Origin: Candidatus Binatia bacterium
Lineage (GTDB): Bacteria; Desulfobacterota; Binatia; Bin18
Direction: 5' to 3'
DNA length: 64,000 nucleotides
NCBI GenBank assembly: GCA_963666315.2
Contig: CAXXHG010000040.1
Span: forward strand, 55,149 to 119,148
Part shown: in pieces, positions 38,976 to 49,693 of the stretch
Numbering within the stretch: the first letter of the stretch is position 1
Layout of the letters: each line of letters opens with the position of its first letter
Position numbers and translations under genes: made by a program
The notes under the pieces: model-generated
Databases searched by the model: none
Seen by the model: only the letters and a program-made list of their open reading frames with translations
Told to the model about the DNA's origin: nothing

Positions 38976-39794
38976 CTAACCCACGTCGGGAATTTCTCCC
39001 TGGCGTTGAAGGAATGCCACTGCCGCGTGGTTAAATGCCTCGGGAGCTTCGAGATTCACAGCATGCCCGGCTTCCGCTTCAACGACTTCTAAATACGGCA
39101 GGGTTTGTTCGGCAAATCGACGCAGCGGTTTGAAACGTTCCTCTTGCGTGCCGCACACGAGTAGCGTCGGAACACGATTGGTTCGTAGCGACGCTGCTTC
39201 AATCGGATCGGCAAGTGAGGTATAGCGGGCCGTATAGGCCGCGCCGAGCGGGTCATGCAGTTTTGAATCCGTACACAGCGCGTCTTTGAATTTCGGAGCA
39301 AGCCGCCGAGATTTCTTGGGATGCACGGCCACTCTTTCGAGCGCGGCGGCCCCATCTCGCTTCACCACAGCAATGAGCTTTTCCGTCCCAGGGCGAACCT
39401 CTTGCACCCAAGCCTTATTACTGAACGCAGTCGATGAATTCGTCAGTAGATGGGCAATGACTCGGCTCGGATGCGCTAACACATAGCGCAGCGTCAACCC
39501 TGCCCCTAACGACTGACCAATAACAAACCATCGGTCCACTCCGAGCTGCTCGCGAATGCGCTCAAACGCCTCAACGTATCGTTCCGGAGCATAATCTGCC
39601 GGGTCTTCAGGCGCTGGCGAACGACCATGCCCGAATAATTCAAGGATAACAGGCCGGCAGACAGTCGAGAGCGCGTCCAGATTAGGCAGCCACTGGGCAC
39701 GGCTCGACAAAAAACCATGGACCATAAGCGCATACGGCCCTCTACCCTCTCGGACCTCGTAATACGGAAGCAACATGGCCGATTTTCTTATCAT
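38976..39794 (-). CDS. Alpha/beta-fold hydrolase
   Basis: LMVHGFLSS, ELFGHGRS, GQSLG, AGHAVNLEAP..FN. Confidence 0.88.
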   Translation of the reverse strand: MIRKSAMLLPYYEVREGRGPYALMVHGFLSSRAQWLPNLDALSTVCRPVILELFGHGRSPAPEDPADYAPERYVEAFERIREQLGVDRWFVIGQSLGAGLTLRYVLAHPSRVIAHLLTNSSTAFSNKAWVQEVRPGTEKLIAVVKRDGAAALERVAVHPKKSRRLAPKFKDALCTDSKLHDPLGAAYTARYTSLADPIEAASLRTNRVPTLLVCGTQEERFKPLRRFAEQTLPYLEVVEAEAGHAVNLEAPEAFNHAAVAFLQRQGEIPDVG

Positions 39795-40419
39795 GAACGT
39801 AGGCAGGCGGGATAGCGGTCACGAAGTAAGCCAAAAAAAGAGTAAAAAGGAGAAAAATATTGATTTTATCACCTTTGTTTATGTCTTTGTTTATAACGCT
39901 CAACCTGCTGGATGAATAATAGGGCGAGTAAAATCAAATACTTATAGGTTCATTTGACTATTGCCGCATAAATTTGCTACACTGACCAGAACACGTCGCG
40001 ATTCACGCGGCGTTTTTTATGCCTATTCCCAAGCCCGAGCAATGTTATCCCTGTCTATTTTTTTGCGCTCTCACCAGAAACGCCACCAGAGACTGCTCAT
40101 TTTGCCTTCTGGCTGCATTCGGGCGAGAGGTCTGAGGTGACGAGGACGTATGAGGGCCGTTGATCACCTACGAACAGTGGCGAAAGAGTGACGCAGCCTT
40201 CTTCAATTCGAATGAATCAGGCTGTTTACGACGAGGACGAGGAGCAGAGGCGTAGCCGGGCCAGCGGCATTGGAGAGTAAGATAATAGCGGTGTAGGGCT
40301 GAAAATGGGGCTGTTCCGACTGTGTTCATACCGTGAGACGAATTTTTCTGCCCCTGACCGTTTCTGTTCTGCATATGCAAGGCAGTCGGTCAGAGGCAAA
40401 AAGCTTTAGTATGTGTCGG

Positions 40420-41883
40420 CTAATACCCCGGCGGCGGCTCAAACCCACCCCTGGCCTCAGCCAGACGGCGAGCGACGTCGATCGTCGTCCGATCCTCTAA
40501 ATACAGTCCAACAATCTGCACCCCAACCGGCAGCCCGTTTGACAGCCGTCCGATGGGTGCGACTGTAGCGGGTAAGAGCGCTATGCCAATCGCGCCGGCC
40601 CACATAAACTGATCCGTATACAGACGCGGTTTCCCAGCAACCATCACGCTACGTTCATGTTGCGGCTCAGTGTGGTCGTGTAGGGTTGCGGCAAACGGAG
40701 ACACCGGACACAGCAGTACGTCGTAGTCGTGGAAGAATGCCGCCCAGCAAACGCGCATCTGTTCACGCATCTCATTCGCAACGATCCAGTCTCTATGCTG
40801 CTGGGTACCAAACCGAACCATACGGCTGAGAACCCCGTCGTCGTCGGACGGCAACTGATCAGCTTGGCTTTGCAATGCCTCGATCTCCTCCGGCGGCATA
40901 CCAACCATCATAATAGGCCATAACAACTGCATATAGGTTCGCACGGCGTCCGACAGGTTGATGGCAGGTCGGGCGGTTTCATCTACCTGAGCGCCGGCCT
41001 GGCGTAATGCAGCAACGGTTGCCTCAAGCTGTAGCCGCATTTCGGGCTCAACCGGACAGAGCGGGTCATCGATCCAAGCTGCGATACGATACGCCCCCAG
41101 AGCACTCCGGCGTGGAGGCGGGAGTGCTAAGCGCCACGCCACAGCACGGTCATCGCGTGGCCCGGCAAGAATACTCAGACTGAGATCCAGATCGTCCGCG
41201 CTACGCGCTAATGGACTCAATGCGGCGATATCAGGCTCCCCCAGCGTCCCTGGCGGACCGGGGATATGGCCTCTTGTCGGGACGATGCCGTGGGTAGGTT
41301 TGTGACCGTACACACCGCAAAAGCGGGCGGGAATCCGGATGGAGCCTCCTATATCACTCCCGATCTCAAGTCCGGTCAGCCCCGCAGCAAGAGCCGCCGC
41401 CGCTCCACCGGATGATCCACCAGGAGTACGCGTCACACCCCACGGGTTATTGGTTGTTCCGAATATGGGATTCGTACTCTACCAATCACTCGCCAGCACA
41501 GGAACATTGGTTTTCCCGAAGACAATCGCACCGGCTTGAGTCAGGTGTTCGACCGTTGTGGCATGCGTACTCGGCACATGATCGGAAAAGGGCTGAAAGC
41601 CCGCCGTCGTACGCATACGCGCCACCTCGATCGTATCCTTGACCGTGATGGGTACGCCGTGCAGCGCTCCCAAGGACTCGCCTCGGGCCAATGCCGTATC
41701 TGCATCATCTGCGCGTTTGCGCGCGCCTTCAACATCAAGCGTTACGACGGCATTGAGTTTCGGATTATGCTGATCAACACGTCCGAGATACACATCGAGT
41801 AATTCACGACTGCTGATGTCTTTGCTTTGTATCATTTTGGCCAATTCGCTGGCAGATCGAAAGGCAACGTCTGTTATACACAT
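40420..41883 (-). pseudogene. Amidase-signature enzyme with one in-frame amber stop
   Basis: LHGVPITVKD, GKTNVP...DW*STNPIFGTTNNPW...RTPGGSSGG, GSDIGGSIRIP; TAG at 41479-41481, otherwise contiguous. Confidence 0.88.
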
Positions 41884-41909
41884 TCTCCTCATGAAGAGTC
41901 TGGCACTCT

Positions 41910-42389
41910 TTACCACTGCTGGACGGGCGGGTCCGGGCACACGCCGATACACTCTTTTTGTGGGGCTGGGTGTGTAGATGTTTCTACTTGGACCGGTCTC
42001 ACCGCGCTCAACATAAAGACACGTTTCCTGAAATACAGACGTCCTTCGAAATGCAACGGCAGTCCCTCTGCCTCATCGCCTTGGAGATAGTCTATCACCG
42101 TTGGCGACCCTTTTAAGATCAGGAAACGTCCTAGGTGACGCAGGATAGGCGGATCGCTGTTTCCCGCACTGCGTACTTCCACGCCTCGGACCCGCAACTT
42201 CCACAGCTCTCCGTCCAGGCTGACTTCGATATAGGGGTAAAACTCACCAGGATCGTCTTCCGGGTCGAGCAACACTCCCGTGATGCGCATCGGCACACTC
42301 TGGGCAAGTGCACTAGCCGGCAACACGAGCAAGACCAAAAAGACCAGAGAGATCCGAATGAGTTGTAGGGAAAGAACACGGTATTGCAT
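41910..42389 (-). CDS. Exported hypothetical protein (RITGxLL...EGRL family)
   Basis: Signal peptide ending ALA-Q; paralogous to 42938-43393. Confidence 0.6.
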   Translation of the reverse strand: MQYRVLSLQLIRISLVFLVLLVLPASALAQSVPMRITGVLLDPEDDPGEFYPYIEVSLDGELWKLRVRGVEVRSAGNSDPPILRHLGRFLILKGSPTVIDYLQGDEAEGLPLHFEGRLYFRKRVFMLSAVRPVQVETSTHPAPQKECIGVCPDPPVQQW

Positions 42390-42432
42390 ACAGCACAACC
42401 TTATACGGTCTCTCTTTGATCGTTGTACATTC

Positions 42433-42460
42433 CCGTTCACCCTGAGCTTGTCGAAGGGCG
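42433..42460. repeat. REP-like element CCGTTCACCCTGAGCTTGTCGAAGGG
   Basis: Matches a widespread intergenic palindrome type; single copy in this window. Confidence 0.55.
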
Positions 42461-42631
42461 AGCAGCAAGGACACGCTATGGATAGGCATCAAACGGAAAT
42501 GATATTACCAGTTCCTTCTGCCTTCGTAGCGTATTTCATGCAGAGAGAAAAGCGAATACAACGGTCACAACAGTCACAACGCGGGCGGGATTCTATTACA
42601 AGACACAGGAATATCTGGGGAGGGAGTCACC

Positions 42632-42895
42632 ATGTCCATGACCACAGACCAAGCCAAAAGTTACCTAAATACAGAAGGCGCCGCCGTCCTGTATTGGGTC
42701 TGCCTGATGATAGGCGTCTTGATGTGGACAATAGGGGAACTCACCACAACCTCTCACTTGCGAGAGATCTCACGTGATGTTGAGGAACTCAAACATATGC
42801 TGAAACAAATGCAACAAGAACAAGCCCAGTGTTTTGAATCGGCGAGCGACACCGGCCAAAAACAGCGTAGGCCTGATTCTATGCCAACAATCTGA
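42632..42895 (+). CDS. Small single-TM coiled-coil hypothetical protein
   Basis: RBS GGGAGG; TM segment followed by a heptad region. Confidence 0.55.
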   Translation: MSMTTDQAKSYLNTEGAAVLYWVCLMIGVLMWTIGELTTTSHLREISRDVEELKHMLKQMQQEQAQCFESASDTGQKQRRPDSMPTI

Positions 42896-42937
42896 CCCCT
42901 CACAAACACAACCAAGCAGGAGAAACAAGGAGCAACT

Positions 42938-43393
42938 ATGTCTATCATTCGTACTCTGGCTATTGTTTTATTTTTCCCGGCTGTCTGGACCGCGGGTCTG
43001 CAAGCCCAATATCTCTATCCCGATCGCCCGCTGCACGTACGCGTCACAGGTGCGCTTTTACCACTAGACCAATAGAAGCGCGAAGACATCATTACTGTCA
43101 GCGTTTTTATTAAGGACCAGCCTCGACTACTCCGGATCGGTAAAATTGAACAGATCACTCAGCAGCAGAAAGATCATGCGGTTGAGCAAGACGTGCTCCT
43201 CAAGCAAATGCGCTTGTACAGATCCGACGAACTCATGGATACACTCGGTAGTCAAGAAATCATGGGCAAACCCATTACGATCGAAGGCCGCTTGGATACC
43301 CAGGAAGGACGTTTCCTGGTCTCCTCTGTGGAAGAGGTGTCAGAGAGAGACTCTCCTGCCCAAGCAGATCCGAGTCCAACTGTAAATCCCTAA
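42938..43393 (+). pseudogene. Exported hypothetical protein with in-frame amber stop
   Basis: RBS AAGGAG; MSIIRTLAIVLFFPAVWTAGLQAQ...RVTGALLPLDQ*KRED...ITIEGRL; TAG at 43073-43075. Confidence 0.7.
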
Positions 43394-43415
43394 ATCTTTG
43401 AGAAAGGGAATATTG

Positions 43416-44021
43416 ATGCAACTATACGACTTTCCCCAGTCACCAAACTGCCGCCGAGTCCGCATATATCTTGCTGAAAAAGGGTTGAAAATCCCGCTCA
43501 AAGCGATCGATCTTTTTAGCAGTGAGCAACGCAAACCAGACTTTCTCCAGCGCAATCCGTTTGGGGCGGTTCCCATGCTCGAACTCAACAATGGCTCGGT
43601 GATTCCCGAATCACTCGCCATCATCGAGTATTTGGAAGAACTGCACCCCGAGCCGCCTCTGTATGGAACAACGCCTTTTGAGCGCGCACTGGTCCGGGTC
43701 TGGGAACGCAGGGCTGAGCTTGGCATTCTGCTGCAAGGGACTCGTCGTTTTCTACACTCGAATCCGTATTTTTCCTCACGGATCGAGCAAAGTCCCAAGG
43801 TCGTAGAGGAAGCCGGCAAGGTGCTGACTGAACGGCTCTCCCTCTTCAATGATCATTTAGAAGCCAACGAATGGCTGGCCGGACCGTTTTCTGTTGCAGA
43901 TATCATGCTGTTCGTCGCAGTTGAATTCGCTGCGCGGTCAGATTTCCAGCTTGATTCGGCATGGAAGCATCTACAGCGCTGGTATGGGGCTGTAAAGAAG
44001 CGCCCGAGTGCAGACGTATAA
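43416..44021 (+). CDS. Glutathione S-transferase family protein
   Basis: SPNCRRVRIYLAEKG, NPFGAVP.LEL..G, ES.AI.EYLEE, FSVADI. Confidence 0.92.
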   Translation: MQLYDFPQSPNCRRVRIYLAEKGLKIPLKAIDLFSSEQRKPDFLQRNPFGAVPMLELNNGSVIPESLAIIEYLEELHPEPPLYGTTPFERALVRVWERRAELGILLQGTRRFLHSNPYFSSRIEQSPKVVEEAGKVLTERLSLFNDHLEANEWLAGPFSVADIMLFVAVEFAARSDFQLDSAWKHLQRWYGAVKKRPSADV

Positions 44022-44064
44022 AACAAAGCGCAGCATGCCGTATTCCTTCTCGATTAGGATAACC

Positions 44065-45060
44065 ATGACTAAAGTCAGTATTTCATTTGCCGGGGCAGCC
44101 GGGCTGACCGGCTTCCCGGAATTTCCGTTAGCCCTTGCTGAGCAGCTGCAGGCGGAATTCTCGCAGGCCAAGATCAAGCTGATCCAAGATCCGGAGCAAC
44201 GCCTGGCCGAACTCGCGGACACTGACGTGTTATATGCAGTGCGTTTTGGCACAGCAGATTTCACTGCCGCCAAGCAACTCAAATGGCTGCATCTCACGTC
44301 AGCCGGAGCCACGCATGTCTTGTTTCCGGAAATAATCGAAAGCGACATCATTGTCACCAACTCACGCGGGTTATACGGCATTCCGATTGCCGAGCATGTA
44401 CTCGGCGTGATGATCATGTTTGCGCGGCGTTTCCACGAGGCGTATCCCTTCCAACGCGAAGGCAAGTGGGCACGTCAGGAAATGCTCAGCCGCTTTCCAC
44501 TCATTTCGGAACTCCACAGCCGAACGGTCGGCATCATCGGTCTCGGTAGTATTGGCCTGGCTGTGGCCGAACGCTGCAAAGCGCTCGGGATGCGGGTGGT
44601 GGCAAATAAGCGCCGAGTTGGAGACAAACCGAGCTGTGTTGATGAATTATTCGGCCCAAACGACCTGCCTCAGCTCTTACTCCAGTCGGACTATGTGGTG
44701 ATAGCCGCGCCGCTCACGCCGGAAACAAAAGGCCTGATCGGTGAACCCGAACTCCGGCTGATGAAGCCAACGGCTTTTATTATTAATGTCGGACGCGGAG
44801 CGATTATTCAGGAAACCGCCTTAATCCAAACCCTCAAAGAAGACCGTATTGGCGGCGCGGGGCTGGATGTCACCGACCCTGAGCCGCCGGAGTCAGACAG
44901 CGAATTGTTTCACCTGCCGAATGTAGTTTTGACTCCACATTATTCCGGCATACGCTCCAATTATTGGGAACATTCGGTTGCGTTGTTTCGCCCAATACTC
45001 GGCCAATACTTACGCGCGGAGCCCATGGACAATGTCGTAGATAAGCGCGGTGGGTATTAG
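44065..45060 (+). CDS. D-2-hydroxyacid dehydrogenase
   Basis: GIIGLGSIG, PLTPET, INVGRG, LDVTDPEP, LTPH. Confidence 0.92.
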   Translation: MTKVSISFAGAAGLTGFPEFPLALAEQLQAEFSQAKIKLIQDPEQRLAELADTDVLYAVRFGTADFTAAKQLKWLHLTSAGATHVLFPEIIESDIIVTNSRGLYGIPIAEHVLGVMIMFARRFHEAYPFQREGKWARQEMLSRFPLISELHSRTVGIIGLGSIGLAVAERCKALGMRVVANKRRVGDKPSCVDELFGPNDLPQLLLQSDYVVIAAPLTPETKGLIGEPELRLMKPTAFIINVGRGAIIQETALIQTLKEDRIGGAGLDVTDPEPPESDSELFHLPNVVLTPHYSGIRSNYWEHSVALFRPILGQYLRAEPMDNVVDKRGGY

Positions 45061-45072
45061 CGGTGAGGAGAG

Positions 45073-45939
45073 TTAGGCTGCAAACGCATCTTGGCCTTTG
45101 CTATACGCAAAGATGCTCTGGTCAGCATTACGGTTGACCAGCTCTCGCTCATACATAGGGTGGAACAGGCTGCGCACTTCATGCTCAAGCTCGCATAACA
45201 CTTGCCCGGTTTTGGGATGCACGATGGCCTGAAAGCGGTACTGATGATCGTCGCTTTCTTGAGTGATCAATTTATGACGTTTCAGGAATTTATGTGGGGC
45301 TGAAAAGTTGGTAATGTATACGGCAATATGGTGCCCGTCATAGGCGGGAATGGCCCGAGCGGTTTCTCGAAAACGTAAGGTCTGAGAACGACCGACTTGG
45401 ACTTGGGCGACCGCCGTGCCTCTCTCGTGGATGACGGTGGCGGGCGTCTGCATCACTTCCTGATAGAACTGACAAATTCCGCGTGCAGTCCGTGGCCCAA
45501 CGGGCATCTCGATATACGGCAGCCCAAGGGTCATGTTACCGAACTGTGGACTCGGCGCGTAACAGCGCAACTGATTCCCCCAGGGACACGTCACTGCGAC
45601 ATGGCCCCTTTTGGCCGACCAACGAAAGGCCGTATTGGCGAGCCGCTTTTGCACCCGCCCAAGCCGGGTCTGCAACGTATCCAAGTCTGGAACCACAACC
45701 CCGATATGACCTCTGAAAACTTGGGGATCACTCGCCGGGAGATGAAACTGCTGCTGGCCGACATTCACCCACATGTTGCCCGGCCCGACCATCATGTACG
45801 GATCGCGGGTAAACCCGAGGCCAGAGATATAGAATGTCGAAGCAATCGCTTGGTCCGGAACCGTGACATTGACGTGTTCCATGCCGATAATGTTTCCAAC
45901 ATCCTGCGTAGCGCGATCATATTTTTTCTTATTTTGCAT
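45073..45939 (-). CDS. Glyoxalase-like conserved hypothetical protein
   Basis: EHVNVTVPDQ, GLGFTRDPY, QQFHLP, YDGHHIAVY, ELEHEVRS..HP. Confidence 0.75.
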   Translation of the reverse strand: MQNKKKYDRATQDVGNIIGMEHVNVTVPDQAIASTFYISGLGFTRDPYMMVGPGNMWVNVGQQQFHLPASDPQVFRGHIGVVVPDLDTLQTRLGRVQKRLANTAFRWSAKRGHVAVTCPWGNQLRCYAPSPQFGNMTLGLPYIEMPVGPRTARGICQFYQEVMQTPATVIHERGTAVAQVQVGRSQTLRFRETARAIPAYDGHHIAVYITNFSAPHKFLKRHKLITQESDDHQYRFQAIVHPKTGQVLCELEHEVRSLFHPMYERELVNRNADQSIFAYSKGQDAFAA

Positions 45940-46078
45940 GACCTCTTATCCCTCCTTCATACAAAGTCCAAGATTTGATGAGCATTAATTATCTCTCGCA
46001 CCCCTGTGTTTGACAAGGATGGCAGAGGCTTTGCGCAGATGGTAGGGTACCAGGCTCTGGCAACAAAGGAGAAGATCT

Positions 46079-47275
46079 ATGCTCGCCCTCGATCACATAC
46101 GTATCCTTGATCTATCACACTTCGAGGCTGGTCCGTCCTGCACGGAATCATTGGCCTTCCTGGGTGCGGACGTCATAAAAATTGAGCCCCCAAAGAGCGG
46201 AGAGGCGGCACGCAATTTTCTGACAAACGAACCTGGACTCGATTCTCATTTGTTTATTCTGCTGAATGCCAATAAGCGCAGTGTTACGCTCAATCTCAAA
46301 ACCGAACGCGGTCGTGACCTCTTCCGCTCATTCGTCCCGCACGTTGATGTGGTGCTCGAAAACTTCTCTCCCCATACCATGGAAGGTCTGGGACTAGGCT
46401 ATGATACCCTCCGGCAGCTCAACGTGCGGCTCATCTATGCCACGATTAAAGGCTTTGGCACTTTCGGGCCGTGGAGCGGCTATAAAAGTTTCAACTCCAT
46501 TGCACAGTCGACCGGCGGAGCGCTGAGCATCACCGGTTTAGCGGATTCACCGCCGCTTAAACCCGGTCCAACGATTGGGGATACGGGCACGGGCATACAC
46601 TGTGCAGTAGGCATCCTCGCGGCGCTGCTACAGCGCGGGAAAACCGGCCAGGGCCAACACGTTGAAGTTTCCATGCAAGACGCCGTGGTCAATTATATGC
46701 GCGTGCCCCTGCGGCATCATATCCAGACCGACACGGTCGTCCAGCGCAGCGGCAACCGCCTCAGCCATGCGGCGCCAACAGATACCTACCCCTGTGCTCC
46801 AGGCGGTCCGAATGACCACGTCTATTTGATGGCAACCACACCGCGCATGTGGGAAAATATCTTACGTATCATTGGACGCGAGGATCTGATTGGCGACCCG
46901 CGCTATACGAGCATGTCCGAGCGGAACCAACATTTTGACGAGGTGTATGACTTCATTAAGGCCTGGACCTTGCAGCATCCCAAGTTTGACGTCATGGAAC
47001 GGTTTGGGAAGGCAGGGGTCCCGTGCGGGGCGGTCTTTGATTCACAAGATATCCTGACTCACCCGCAGCTTCGCGAACGCGGTATGGTCGTGACCATCGA
47101 ACACCCCACGCGGGGATCCATTACAATACCCGGCTGCCCGGTGCAGCTTGACGATTCGCCGGTCACAGTGACCCCAGCTCCCTTACTGGGCCAACACAAT
47201 AGCGAGGTATACCAAGACCTTCTTGGTCTCTCTGCAGAAAATCTGCAAGAGATGGAAAAAGAGGGCGTTATTTAA
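46079..47275 (+). CDS. Family III CoA-transferase (CaiB/BaiF, formyl-CoA transferase-like)
   Basis: AGPSCT..LA.LGADVIKIE.P, NANKRS.TLNLK, ENF.P, GDTGTG, APLLGQHN. Confidence 0.93.
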   Translation: MLALDHIRILDLSHFEAGPSCTESLAFLGADVIKIEPPKSGEAARNFLTNEPGLDSHLFILLNANKRSVTLNLKTERGRDLFRSFVPHVDVVLENFSPHTMEGLGLGYDTLRQLNVRLIYATIKGFGTFGPWSGYKSFNSIAQSTGGALSITGLADSPPLKPGPTIGDTGTGIHCAVGILAALLQRGKTGQGQHVEVSMQDAVVNYMRVPLRHHIQTDTVVQRSGNRLSHAAPTDTYPCAPGGPNDHVYLMATTPRMWENILRIIGREDLIGDPRYTSMSERNQHFDEVYDFIKAWTLQHPKFDVMERFGKAGVPCGAVFDSQDILTHPQLRERGMVVTIEHPTRGSITIPGCPVQLDDSPVTVTPAPLLGQHNSEVYQDLLGLSAENLQEMEKEGVI

Positions 47276-47329
47276 CGAAGGAACGCAAGGCGATCGGCCC
47301 TCTGCAAGTTCAGGGTTTGTTCGCTTCGG

Positions 47330-47722
47330 CTATCCAGCTAAAAACAGCGCCACACACAGGGCAATGCCGCCAACATAGGTCCCCAGTGCGCCGATAAAGC
47401 GTAACGGATAGGGTTTTGCGAGAGTTGGTGAGGCGATCATGCCTGCGGCGTGCAGATAGCGAAAGGCTGTCACTGCTATCATCACCCAGATGACCCATGT
47501 CGCAGGCTCACCCCCCATTGCAACCACTATCATGAGGATGGCGAGTATAGGCGCGTATTCGGTTGCATTGCCATGCGCACGAACTATTTTATACAGACGG
47601 TCAGTAGGATCAGCATTTGTCCCAATAATCGTTTCCGTTTTTCCTCGTGTCATGGAGACTGCGAAGCCTAGCCCAAATATCAAAAGACCAAGTAGTCCCG
47701 TACACAGCATTGCCGTTGCCAT
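47330..47722 (-). CDS. MAPEG family membrane protein
   Basis: RAHGNATEY.P, R.LHA.G. Confidence 0.88.
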   Translation of the reverse strand: MATAMLCTGLLGLLIFGLGFAVSMTRGKTETIIGTNADPTDRLYKIVRAHGNATEYAPILAILMIVVAMGGEPATWVIWVMIAVTAFRYLHAAGMIASPTLAKPYPLRFIGALGTYVGGIALCVALFLAG

Positions 47723-47824
47723 ACTCTCCTCCTTTGCGTCTCTGGGTTTGCGATCCTTTCCAATATCCCTCTCTTGTTCTGTAACATCTTGTGTGGAGGA
47801 CCTGCGTGAGTCAAGGGGAGTTTT

Positions 47825-48124
47825 TCAACTACCTGCCGTCGCCAGCTCTTCCATCTTCCCAGCCAGAGTGAAGTCGAGTTCGGTGATTCCTCCGACGTCG
47901 TGCGTTGCCAGGTAAACGTTGACCGTACCGTAGACGTTGAACCATTCAGGATGATGGTTCATGGATTCTGCTACTAAGGCGGCACTTGTCATAAAACCGA
48001 AGGCCTGCACAAAGTCTTTGAACTTATACTCCCGGTGGAGTTTCCCAGCGGCTACCGCCCAGCCAGGAATGTCACTTAATTTGGTTTGAATATCCGCATC
48101 AGACAGCTTCTGTCGATTTGCCAT
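47825..48124 (-). CDS. phhB: Pterin-4a-carbinolamine dehydratase
   Basis: F.DFVQAFGFM, AESMNHHPEWFNVY, THDVGGITELD. Confidence 0.92.
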   Translation of the reverse strand: MANRQKLSDADIQTKLSDIPGWAVAAGKLHREYKFKDFVQAFGFMTSAALVAESMNHHPEWFNVYGTVNVYLATHDVGGITELDFTLAGKMEELATAGS

Positions 48125-48181
48125 ATCGTCCTCCGGTATGCGTGCGTTCTATCCTAGTTTGCCCATTTGCTCACTTGATGT

Positions 48182-49474
48182 TTACGAGCCTGTAGCGCTT
48201 TCCGCAGAAACTGCTTGGATAACGTTCTCTAGTTCTACTTTCTTAATTTTGACCAAGAATAGAATAATAGCGCTCACTGCGCCAACCCCGGCGGCCACAA
48301 AGAGCGGCAGGGTCCAGTCTCCGCCACTCTTCTCAATCATCTGGCCGGCCGACCACGGACCAAGAATCCCGGCGAACGTGCCGAGCGTGTTCATCATGCC
48401 AAAGATCGCACCGGCTTGATGCGGGTTAAACTCTAGCGCTATGGTCGTAAAGACACCTATGCCTATACTGAAGAGCCCATAAAAGAGCACCAGGAAAACC
48501 GCACAGGCTGTGGCTGAAGGCGTCAGAGCTGCCATGACCAAGCATGGCAACGCCAAAGCCAGTCCAAAACCGCCAAAGCGGACGCGCGCAAATTGGGGAC
48601 TCCAGCCGTTGCGCAAGAGCCAGTCTGATAATGCACCGGACCCTACGATACCCAGAAATGCCCCAGCATGCATAAAGATGCCGACTGTGGACATCATCCC
48701 AAGAGACATGCCCCGCGCCTCGACCAAATAGGTCGGAAACCAAAACAGAAACATCCACAGGACATAGGCAAAACACATATAGGCAAAGGTCACGATGAGG
48801 AGAGACCTATTGGCGAAGACGGTCCGGAGCGGGAGTGAAACAGCAGGCTTGGGTGTCAGGTTCGATTCAATATAGGTGCGCTCCTCTTCGCTGATCTGAG
48901 GATGTTCAGCGGGTGTGTCCGTGGCAAACCGCAGCCAAATCACCGCCCAGATGAGGCCGAGCAGGGCATTAAAATAGAAAACGATTTGCCATGAAAAGTT
49001 GAGAATAATCCACGTGGTCAGTGGGTAGGCAACCATTTGACCGACAGTCACCCCGGACACACTCAGGGTCTGGGCCCGGCCAAACTCAGCGCGCGGAATC
49101 CAGTGCGCGTTCAGCGCTGTGAGAGCTGGGAATGTCACCGACTCAAACATACCGACCAAAAAGCGGGTGCTGAGGAGCAGCCAAAAGACCGAGACGGCTT
49201 GAGGAGTGAGCGCCGTGAAGAGCGAAAAGCCGAAAAAAGCAAAGGCCAGCACCTTACGCGCGCTCCACCGGTCGGCAACCAAGCCGCCCGGCAACTGGAG
49301 GACAGCGTAGCCAACCAAGAAGGCGGAAAAGATCGTGCCCAACTCACTCTTACTCCAGCCGTAGGTGGCCATGATAACCGGTGCAGCGACAGCGATATTG
49401 ACGCGATCAATATAGTTAATAACTGTTCCGGAGAACAGCAATCCTACAATCTTGTAACGGACTGGTCTCGCCAT
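48182..49474 (-). CDS. MFS transporter, ACS family
   Basis: NYIDRVNI, QLPGG..ADRW, P.EHP.IS.EE..YI. Confidence 0.9.
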   Translation of the reverse strand: MARPVRYKIVGLLFSGTVINYIDRVNIAVAAPVIMATYGWSKSELGTIFSAFLVGYAVLQLPGGLVADRWSARKVLAFAFFGFSLFTALTPQAVSVFWLLLSTRFLVGMFESVTFPALTALNAHWIPRAEFGRAQTLSVSGVTVGQMVAYPLTTWIILNFSWQIVFYFNALLGLIWAVIWLRFATDTPAEHPQISEEERTYIESNLTPKPAVSLPLRTVFANRSLLIVTFAYMCFAYVLWMFLFWFPTYLVEARGMSLGMMSTVGIFMHAGAFLGIVGSGALSDWLLRNGWSPQFARVRFGGFGLALALPCLVMAALTPSATACAVFLVLFYGLFSIGIGVFTTIALEFNPHQAGAIFGMMNTLGTFAGILGPWSAGQMIEKSGGDWTLPLFVAAGVGAVSAIILFLVKIKKVELENVIQAVSAESATGS

Positions 49475-49570
49475 TACCCCCCCCCTTAGTGCTGGCTAGT
49501 AGACGTACTCTTTACGTCGAGACCCAAGCGACTCACGTATTGCTGAACAGGTGTTCCCAACAGTGAACGA

Positions 49571-49622
49571 CTGCCATGTCTGCCATGTCTGCCATGTCTG
49601 CCATGTCTGCCATGTCTGCCAT
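49571..49622. repeat. Perfect 9-bp tandem repeat (CTGCCATGT) x5.8 in a divergent intergenic region
   Basis: Read directly from the sequence. Confidence 0.95.
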
Positions 49623-49693
49623 ATATGCATGTATGATAGATGCGCTCGTGCGGTCAAGCGTAGGTAAAAGAGAGCAGGTGAGGAGTACATGCG

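Noticed and set aside
18699-43075. Three in-frame TAG codons (relE, amidase, 42938 ORF) suggesting amber recoding or pyrrolysine
   Set aside because: They replace different expected residues (Trp, Gln) by single transitions, many intact genes here end in TAG, and TAA/TGA lesions and frameshifts also occur. Ordinary decay explains them.
49571-49622. Possible CRISPR array
   Set aside because: The 9-bp units have no spacers, and no cas genes are present.
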